Notes under the pieces: model-generated
Databases searched by the model: none
Seen by the model: the letters and a program-made list of their open reading frames with translations, nothing else
What the model was told of the DNA's origin: nothing
NCBI GenBank assembly: GCA_020184695.1
Contig: JAANOX010000205.1
Location: 186,001-250,000, forward strand
DNA length: 64,000 nucleotides
Reading direction: 5' to 3'
Source of the DNA: Histomonas meleagridis 2922-C6/04-290x
Lineage: Eukaryota > Protista > Parabasalia
Shown here: positions 55,974 through 64,000 of the stretch, in pieces
Numbering within the stretch: position 1 is the stretch's first letter
Layout: each line of letters starts with the position of its first letter
Translations under genes and position numbers: made by a program

Positions 55974-58900
55974 ATGGAGATCAAGTCAATTCGTCCGAAA
56001 TCTCCTCCAAAAACTAATAAAGAGGACCGCAGACCAATGTCTTCGAGGCGCACAGAAGTACATAATCCAAACAAGCCATATTCACAAAATACAAAACAAA
56101 CAATAAAATTAAATAATACAATTAAAGAAGATACAGAACAATCACCAACCCCAAACAGAACTCCTCCAAGTTCCCAAAAAAACACTTTTTTGTCTAACAC
56201 GAGATCATCAAAATTCATGACAGCAGCCATGAACAAAGTATTTGGGTATGACCAACAAATTGATTCCTTTTTAGAAATGACATATTCTGAGCCATTACAT
56301 GAATCTGTTGAAAATCTTTTTTTAAATGCTTTATCTGCCGAATCTGTTATTTTTTGGCAAGATATCCCATCTTTACAAATTTTATATTCAGAGAAGCTTA
56401 AAAAGACAGCAAAGCATTCTGATGGAATTATTGGGTTCACTTTTTTTTCACGTGAAACAAAACTTGTTACTGATCTAAGTGCACATTCGGAATATAATGA
56501 AGAAATTGATGGGCCATCTACCATGCCATCAATATTTTTCCCTTTATGGGATTACACAGGTTCTGTTTGTGCAATTGTTCAAGTTTCAAAGAAATCTTTT
56601 GATGATGAAGATGAAGAATTTATATCATATTTCATTCAAAAATTCAAAATCTATAGTCGTTGGGTAGAAAAGTCTGAAATACCAGCAGAAGTTACACAGG
56701 AACTCATTCAAGTTATGGAAACAGAACAATTTTTAGTCCTATTCAAAAAACGGCTCACGCAACTTTTTGATTGTAAAACCGCTGAATTATGGAAATTCAA
56801 TCAAACCGCTAACGAACTTTTCTTAGCGAATGCAAACAAAGTTGTTACAAATGGTTGCATTGGTATTATAGGAGAATCAATTTCTAATCATTCACTAATT
56901 AATTGTCAATCAAGTAAACTCATTAGTAGTTATAATTCCGAAGTTGATGGCGATGATGATACATCAATTTTAGTCTTTTCAATTATTGATCCAGTCAAAC
57001 ATATCGACTATGCAATTGCATTAAGAGGGAAAAACAACACACCTGTTTTTACATTACATGATGAACTTTTATTAACCGAAATCACTCCATATTTAGCAAT
57101 TGCATATTCTAATGCAGAACAATTTTCCATTAAAAATGAATATAAGTCGAATCAAGATGAACATTTCTATATTGATAATCTTCAAAACATCATTAATTCC
57201 ATTGAAGAGAACAAAGAAACGAATGAAATTGTCATTGAAATTCTCGAATACATGAAAAATGTTACAACATCTGAACGATGTAGTTTATATTTAAATGACA
57301 AGAAGACGAATAATCTCAAATCTATATATCATACATCATGTAAGTCACCAATAATTGTTCCATATGATAAAGGAATTGTAGGGTTAACATTTCGTGAATC
57401 GGAAATATATAATATTCCCGATGCATATGAAGATCCTTCGTTTGATTCATCGATTGATCAAGAAACAGGATACAAAACACATACATTATTATCTATACCT
57501 ATTAAAACTCCATATAATAAAACAATTGGAGTCATCCAACTATTAAACAAATCGAATTTCAAGCCATTCTCAAAAGCGGACATTAATTTCTCACATGTAT
57601 TCTCATCATTAATTGGATTAATATTATCAATTGATAAATTACGAACGAAACTTAAAGAACGTACATTAAATCTTAACACGATAATAAATCCGATTAATGG
57701 CGATGACTTAAAATCAATTCTTTATAACGTAATACAATCAGCAAAAATTGTTTCGCAATCAGAAAATGGTACAATTTTCTTAGTTGATGAAGTATTTCAT
57801 TTGCTGACAACTTATGTAGTAGATGGCCCGAAACTTCCATCAACATTTCCTATATCTCATGGAGTAGCAGCACATTCAGTTGAAACTAAGAAACCAATTA
57901 TAGTCAATGATGCATATCATGATCCGTTATTTAACAAAACAGCAGATTTAGAAAATGGATTTAAAACTCGATCGATTTTATCAATTCCAATTATATCATC
58001 TGTCGGGAAAGTAATTGGCGTATTAGAGATGATCAATAAGAAGAATGATAATTATAATGAAGAAGATATTAAACTTGTACAAATATTCGCAAATATTGCA
58101 TCATTTAATTTGGAAAATAATACAAATAAGAAAATTGCGAAATATGGAAAATGTGAATTCGAAATGGAAAAACTTATTAGTGAAACAGAACTTGATTTAT
58201 ATGTTACTCCGAAAAAACTTTCGATTACCGAACAAGAAAAACAATCATTGGTATCACTTAATTTCTTTTGTATCGAATGGAATGGCATTGGATTATTTAA
58301 AGCGGCGTTTTTCATCTTTAATAACTTTGGACTTTTAGAGAAGTTCAAAATCTCGAACAAGTTATTTTTCAACTTTTTATTTAAATTACGTGAAACTTAT
58401 AATGATGTCCCATATCATAATTGGATCCATGCAATTGATGTATTACAATATGTATCATATCAAATAATCACTGCTAAGTTTTATGATATTTTAACATCAT
58501 ATGAATTACTTTCAATATGTATTGCTGCGATATGTCATGACGCTAATCATAAAGGACTTAATAATCCTTATAATGAGAAAGCAGAGACTCCGATTGGTAT
58601 CTTATATAAGGAGCAAAGTGTAATGGAAATGCATCATTGTGCTATGACTTCTTATATTTTATCGCATGATGAATGTAATTTATTATATAACATATCTGAA
58701 TCCGAAGTTATAAAAATATATAAAAATATATTTAAGTTAATCTTGGCAACAGATATGGCACATCATTTTAAACTATTAAAGAACGCTAATGATATTATGG
58801 ATCAAGGGCCAATTAATTTATCTAATGAATCTCATAGATTAATGACAATGACAATGCTAATTAAAGTAGCAGACATATCAAACGTCTCAAGGCCGTTCCC

Positions 58901-59195
58901 AATAGCGGAGAAATGGTGCGACGTACTCGCAGAGGAGTTCTGGCGTCAAGGAGACCTCGAGATAGCGCACGGATGGGGGCCGTCGTCCGACCTGAACAAT
59001 AGAGCAATAAAGGACAAGGCAAAGGGGCAAATCGGGTTCTACTCGTTCGTGTGCCTCCCGCTGTATAACGCAGTGGGGAGAATGCTACCGGAGCTGCAGA
59101 TTAACGCTGATAAAGTAAACGAAAATTTGGAGGTGTGGAAGGAAAGACAAAGAGAAATAGATGAAGGAAAGAAAAAAGAAACAGTGAATGAATAA
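55974..59195 (+). CDS. Class I cyclic-nucleotide phosphodiesterase with multiple GAF domains
   Basis: GAF motifs (DAYEDPSFD, NDAYHDPLFN); YHNWIHAIDV, HDANH, LATDM, KVADIS. Confidence 0.93.
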   Translation: MEIKSIRPKSPPKTNKEDRRPMSSRRTEVHNPNKPYSQNTKQTIKLNNTIKEDTEQSPTPNRTPPSSQKNTFLSNTRSSKFMTAAMNKVFGYDQQIDSFLEMTYSEPLHESVENLFLNALSAESVIFWQDIPSLQILYSEKLKKTAKHSDGIIGFTFFSRETKLVTDLSAHSEYNEEIDGPSTMPSIFFPLWDYTGSVCAIVQVSKKSFDDEDEEFISYFIQKFKIYSRWVEKSEIPAEVTQELIQVMETEQFLVLFKKRLTQLFDCKTAELWKFNQTANELFLANANKVVTNGCIGIIGESISNHSLINCQSSKLISSYNSEVDGDDDTSILVFSIIDPVKHIDYAIALRGKNNTPVFTLHDELLLTEITPYLAIAYSNAEQFSIKNEYKSNQDEHFYIDNLQNIINSIEENKETNEIVIEILEYMKNVTTSERCSLYLNDKKTNNLKSIYHTSCKSPIIVPYDKGIVGLTFRESEIYNIPDAYEDPSFDSSIDQETGYKTHTLLSIPIKTPYNKTIGVIQLLNKSNFKPFSKADINFSHVFSSLIGLILSIDKLRTKLKERTLNLNTIINPINGDDLKSILYNVIQSAKIVSQSENGTIFLVDEVFHLLTTYVVDGPKLPSTFPISHGVAAHSVETKKPIIVNDAYHDPLFNKTADLENGFKTRSILSIPIISSVGKVIGVLEMINKKNDNYNEEDIKLVQIFANIASFNLENNTNKKIAKYGKCEFEMEKLISETELDLYVTPKKLSITEQEKQSLVSLNFFCIEWNGIGLFKAAFFIFNNFGLLEKFKISNKLFFNFLFKLRETYNDVPYHNWIHAIDVLQYVSYQIITAKFYDILTSYELLSICIAAICHDANHKGLNNPYNEKAETPIGILYKEQSVMEMHHCAMTSYILSHDECNLLYNISESEVIKIYKNIFKLILATDMAHHFKLLKNANDIMDQGPINLSNESHRLMTMTMLIKVADISNVSRPFPIAEKWCDVLAEEFWRQGDLEIAHGWGPSSDLNNRAIKDKAKGQIGFYSFVCLPLYNAVGRMLPELQINADKVNENLEVWKERQREIDEGKKKETVNE

Positions 59196-59978
59196 ATATT
59201 TATATTGAAAGGTGCATTTTACATGAAATAATTTATTGTGTTTACTTTTATTAATGGTTATTTTTTGGGTTAACCCAATGTCTAAACTGCATTAGAATAT
59301 ATATTCAGAGCATATGCTCTAATTGTTAATAAAAAAGATATTAATATGTCAAGAAAATGATATTAGAAAAAATGGAATATCATCATAGCATGCTAAGATT
59401 TAAAAAAAAAAATAATTAGTGAGTGCCAAATTTTCAGAATTTTTACAGAGATAAGTTGAAAACAAAAATGACCCTATTTTTATCTTCATTATTGTTTCAT
59501 AGAAAGGATATAAAATTTTGTAACATATACGGATTTTCTTTAGCTGTGTTTATGTTTAAAATATAAGATAATATCCCAATTATCTAAATTGTCTCTCATA
59601 TATATTTCCTATTACAAAAAGTTATCAGAGAATATAACAAAATATTTTTTATTGCTGAAATTATTCTTGTTATTGTGCTATAATTAAACAAAAATAAAAT
59701 AAAATCAAACAAATATATCGTTTTACTATAAATGTATTTGTTTATATTTAATTTTATGCTTATAACGGTGTTACAAACTTTTGTTCTTTGAAATTAACAG
59801 CAAATGGATCTTCATCAATATCTTTTAATGATGGCGTTCCTGCATAATCAAATTAAACATCGTTTGTGTGGACGAGATCGACTGTGTAACAGAATTTCCC
59901 CGTGTATTGCAGGTAAAATTTAAATTTTATGTTATCACTAGAAAATTTAAAAATATAATTGTTTGAAATCAAATCATT

Positions 59979-61385
59979 TTAATTTAATGTAATGATCTTC
60001 ATAAAGTTTGTTCGTTCGGTTAATGGCCATCCACATGTAGCAATAACCTTATCACCAGGCTTAAGTCCTCTAGCCTTGGATTCATCATCAACGATTTGCA
60101 TGATTTCATCAATGGAAGACATTTCCTTTGTCATTGTTGGTTCAATTCCCCAAGTGATTGACAACTTGTTGTATGCCTTCTTGTTGAAGACCATAGCAAT
60201 GATTGGCACGTCGGGCCTGAACCTTGACACTTTTCGTGCTGAGTAACCAGACTTAGTGAAAACGAAAATCAGTTTGGCGCCAAGATGATGCGCTGCGTTA
60301 CATGCAGCGTGGCTGATCGCATCAGTCGAATTAGCAATTGTACGACCCTTGTTAAGTTGCTTGTAGTAGTCCATTTGCTTCTCAGTCTCTAATGCGATCT
60401 TAGCCATGGTTTCAACAGATAAAATCGGATATTTTCCGTTGGCTGTTTCACCAGAAAGCATAATGGCACTAGCACCATCATAAACAGCATTGGCAACGTC
60501 ACTGGTTTCCGCACGTGTGCACCTTGGATGTTCAATCATTGATTCTAACATTTCAGTGGCGACAATAACACGCTTGCCCATCTTGATGCCTTTACGAGTA
60601 AGCTTCTTTTGGATGGCTGGAAGTTGTTGGAATGGAATTTCGACACCCATATCACCACGTGCAACCATAATACCATTGCTGTGTTCATAAATGGCATCAA
60701 TGTTATCAATGCCTCCACGGTTTTCAATTTTAGCAATGATTTCAATTTCTTTTTCAACATGATGTTCCCTGAGGATATCACGAATTTGCTCAATGTTTTC
60801 AGGACTGGAAACAAAGGATGCAGCAATGAAATCAACATCTTGTTCAATACCAAAAACAATGTCATCATGATCAACTTCAGAAACATATGGCATTTTGAGA
60901 TTAATATTGGGGAAGTTCATACCTTTTCTGTTGCTGACAACACCACCTTTGAGACAAGTGCAAATAATGTCCTTGTCTTTGATTTCTTCGACTTGGAATT
61001 GAAGAAGTCCATCATTAACCATAATTATATCTCCTTTGTGGAGTTCATTGTAAAGATTACCATATGATACTGAGACAATTTTGTCATTGCCTTGAACATC
61101 ATTGCAAGTAAATGTGAAAATTTGTTTATCTTTAATTTCGACTTGACCATTTTCGAATGTTCTTACACGAACTTCAGGGCCTTTTGTATCTAAAAGGACA
61201 CCGATTGGTGTATGAAGTTCTTCTGCTGCTTGTCTAACAATCTTAATTCTTTCAGCATGTTCTGGATGTGATCCATGAGACATATTGAATCTTGCAACAT
61301 TCATACCTGCTTGAATAAGTTTCTTGATCGTTTCAAGGCTATCGCATGCTGGGCCAATCGTGCAGATGATTTTTGTTTTCCGCAT
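59979..61385 (-). CDS. pyk: Pyruvate kinase
   Basis: KTKIICTIGP, IIAKIEN, IMVARGDMG, ATEMLESM, MLSGETA. Confidence 0.97.
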   Translation of the reverse strand: MRKTKIICTIGPACDSLETIKKLIQAGMNVARFNMSHGSHPEHAERIKIVRQAAEELHTPIGVLLDTKGPEVRVRTFENGQVEIKDKQIFTFTCNDVQGNDKIVSVSYGNLYNELHKGDIIMVNDGLLQFQVEEIKDKDIICTCLKGGVVSNRKGMNFPNINLKMPYVSEVDHDDIVFGIEQDVDFIAASFVSSPENIEQIRDILREHHVEKEIEIIAKIENRGGIDNIDAIYEHSNGIMVARGDMGVEIPFQQLPAIQKKLTRKGIKMGKRVIVATEMLESMIEHPRCTRAETSDVANAVYDGASAIMLSGETANGKYPILSVETMAKIALETEKQMDYYKQLNKGRTIANSTDAISHAACNAAHHLGAKLIFVFTKSGYSARKVSRFRPDVPIIAMVFNKKAYNKLSITWGIEPTMTKEMSSIDEIMQIVDDESKARGLKPGDKVIATCGWPLTERTNFMKIITLN

Positions 61386-62207
61386 ATTTTAAAAATGGTC
61401 AGGTGAAGTTTGACCAATTCACTCATTTTTTGATAGAATAACCGTTTTGGCTCCGTAAAAGTCCTAAAAAATTGAACCGAATATAACTTTTTCAAAGCAA
61501 AACCAAAATTTTTTCAATATGACGCTACTAGCGCTAACAGGTGAAACTTTTTGAAAGAGGTTTTCTTGGATAATAATAACTTTTTAAATGGTTTATATGA
61601 TCTGTCTCCTATTTAAATATCTTGTTTGTCCTTTAAATATCTGTTTTTTTGTCTGAAGATACAAATCAATATCAAAGATTTTTACGCCTATATTCTATTA
61701 AACAAAATGACGTCAAAAATTGATCAATAAATTGTCAGGACAAATAAAAAACTTTGAAAAATGATGATCTTTTGATAACATCTAAAAAATGTTTCCACCG
61801 TAGAAATATCCATGCCCTGAATGACTCCTGGAATGAAACATAAGTTTAAACATTAGAATCATATAAACTCATTTTAATTTTCTTTTCTTTACACATTTAT
61901 TTTTCATCATCTATATAATGTAAATATAATGCTCATATGATGCAGAAAAATATTTCCTACATTACCCTTTATAAGAGAATAATGGAATTACTGAAATTTT
62001 TATTGTTACCATTTTATCCATTATTTTGCACAATAATATATTCAAAAGTGTTTATAGATTTTGACAATTTCTGTCACCATTGAATTATTGACTTGGTTTG
62101 TCTGTCAAGAAAACTAAATTTTACAAAAGTTATTTAATCTCAGTTTTATTGTATTTGATCACAGCCTTATTCTAAACGCCTGTATGACTCGGTATGCTGG
62201 AGGCGGA

Positions 62208-62975
62208 TTAAGTGATTTCGTATGTTATCTTCAAAAGGTCAGTACTATATTCCTTACTCTCTTTCATTACCTTCTCAGCTTTAGCTTGAAGTTGGTGGAA
62301 CAAAAGTTCTCTCCTATCGATTCGAACTTGAGTGATATATATATCATCGAATCTGCTTAAATGATGTTGAACACAATCAGGCGGGAATTCACAGTTTCGA
62401 GACATCGTTTCAAATGTATTTTTGAGCAGCTTCCTAAGGTCGGCATTTATTTGGCATTGACTTACTTTTGTTGAGTGTCTCATTATTCCAATTCTTTCGA
62501 GGAAAAATGAAACCAAATAAAGCCTTCTAAGGATATGACTCAATTTTTCCTCCTCGCTAGAGAACAAGAGGGCTATGTCTTTAATACGAAATGACGGAAT
62601 CCCGAAGTATAAAAATAATCCCAAAAATCTAATGACCAAATTTCCTATTGTTGGTGATTTTGGAAGGTTAAATAAGAATTGAATGTCACCATGTATTGCT
62701 CTAATTTCAACTTCATGAGAAATTCTTGGAAGAAAATTATCTAGCGATGAAAACCCAACCCACTGGTAAGAATGAGCGTCAAATTTATAGCAAATACCGC
62801 ATGCAACCAGTACATTCATTAGATCATAAAGACGTCTTTTTTCGATACCCGATGCATTAAATAATTGATCAATTGATATAATGGTGTTTACGTCATTCCT
62901 GTGAGCGCAAAGGAACTGTTCAACAAACTCCGTGAAGGTTGTTTTGATCTTTGGTCTGGTTTCTGGATCTTCCAT
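62208..62975 (-). CDS. E2F/DP-type winged-helix factor with two DNA-binding-like domains
   Basis: KRRLYDLMNVL plus a second RRLYLVSFFLERIG. Confidence 0.7.
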   Translation of the reverse strand: MEDPETRPKIKTTFTEFVEQFLCAHRNDVNTIISIDQLFNASGIEKRRLYDLMNVLVACGICYKFDAHSYQWVGFSSLDNFLPRISHEVEIRAIHGDIQFLFNLPKSPTIGNLVIRFLGLFLYFGIPSFRIKDIALLFSSEEEKLSHILRRLYLVSFFLERIGIMRHSTKVSQCQINADLRKLLKNTFETMSRNCEFPPDCVQHHLSRFDDIYITQVRIDRRELLFHQLQAKAEKVMKESKEYSTDLLKITYEIT

Positions 62976-63886
62976 TTTAATTTTTGAGAGGTGTTAATAT
63001 CACAAACACTGATACTTCGAAAAATAAAAATTTTTTTGGTAATATAAACATATACTTATATTTAATCTATCTTATAGATTTTCTTTTTAAAAAATGTTTT
63101 GGAAAAAAGAATGTGAAAGAAAGATATTCGTGGTTGAATTTGTAACATCCCATTCACTGAAAACGGTTGTTTGAACAATTTGGGAGTTGTTCAATTGAAA
63201 ATTTTCGTTTTCTGAAAATTTCAATGTTAATTACGGCTTGAAACATTGGAACACCCTCTTTTAAAACATAAATTTCCAGGGAGAAACTTGATTTTTAAGA
63301 AATAATTTGATTTATTTTTGTAATTTATATATACGTATATATATTTAATACATATATTTCGAATATTTTTAATGAAGACTGGATAAAATAAAGAAAAACA
63401 TGTTTTTCCCCAAAAATTTTGTTATTTTATTTAATTGAATGAGTCATTCTGGTAACTTTCATTCAATTATAAAACGATAACCGTTAAAAAGCCACCTTCT
63501 GAAAAAGCAAATGCTCGCCAACGTTCCCGATATTTGTCCAAAAATTCTTTTTTATCTAATCTTCTTGAATGATTTAACAAATTAATTTAAGTCTTGCTTT
63601 GATGAATGTCTTCTTGCCACATCTTTTTAAACTTATATTTTTTTGATCATCCAATTTCTCAAAATTCATTTGATTTATTATCATCGAAATATTAAATATA
63701 TTATGGATTCCTCTATTTTATATCTCTATTTTTTTCATTTAAATTTTAAGGAATATTCAAAATTTTTACTGATTGCAAATTCAATTTCGAATTTTAAGTT
63801 CTTTAACTTCATAATCAAAAAAATTTTTTTAATTTTATTTTTAATAACAAATTTATGTTAACATAAATTTTTAATAAAAAGAACAA

Positions 63887-64000
63887 TTAGCTCCATCTCG
63901 TTTGTATAATCTTTTCCAATGATTCCACATGTTTCCTCGACTCCTCATTACATTGATTCTTTAAGTTATCCAATGCCGTCTGTACCTGTTGCGTCTGTCC
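63887..64000 (-). CDS. 3' end of a gene continuing past the window edge
   Basis: 38 open codons ...GQTQQVQTALDNLKNQ...QTRWS* ending at TAA 63887-63889. Confidence 0.55.
   Translation of the reverse strand, partial: GQTQQVQTALDNLKNQCNEESRKHVESLEKIIQTRWS

Noticed and set aside
4826-63861. Many short overlapping or antisense ORFs in the track (e.g. 10747-11061, 23679-24116, 37207-37635, 55910-56524, 60609-61067, 63643-63861)
   Set aside because: They are shadows of real genes or AT-rich chance frames with no motifs
1-64000. Autonomous transposon (Maverick, Tc1/mariner, MULE) or reverse transcriptase/DGR
   Set aside because: No transposase, integrase, polB or RT motifs and no terminal inverted repeats were seen in the window

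Overview
AT-rich eukaryotic DNA with compact, essentially intron-less genes in the standard code. BspA LRR proteins, DUF3447-type ankyrin proteins and AACGGT/ACCGTT promoter motifs point to a parabasalid protist (Histomonas/Tritrichomonas/Trichomonas-like; inference). Intact genes: RAD17, a NEK kinase, exportin-1, ARPC2, an S28 peptidase, USP14/Ubp6, a TRAPPC13-like protein, DPP III, a STE20 kinase, a GAF-GAF phosphodiesterase, pyruvate kinase, an E2F-like factor and tRNA-Ser(TGA). Interspersed accessory or decayed material: BspA, Ras, acetyltransferase and IMPase remnants, a phage-like gene and a frameshifted toxin-like gene. Main signal: two DUF3447-ankyrin loci (13.2-14.6 kb and 46.9-48.05 kb). 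In them every ankyrin repeat is a stop-free 90-nt module, separated from the next by an AT-rich 63/80/81-nt spacer at the identical beta-hairpin position. The spacers break frame or carry stops and lack GT-AG/branch-point signals, while the modules show synonymous divergence and vary mainly at ankyrin binding-surface positions. This implies an unexplained way of removing or bypassing the spacers (non-canonical splicing, recoding, or cassette use). The mechanism is inference and needs RNA or protein data.
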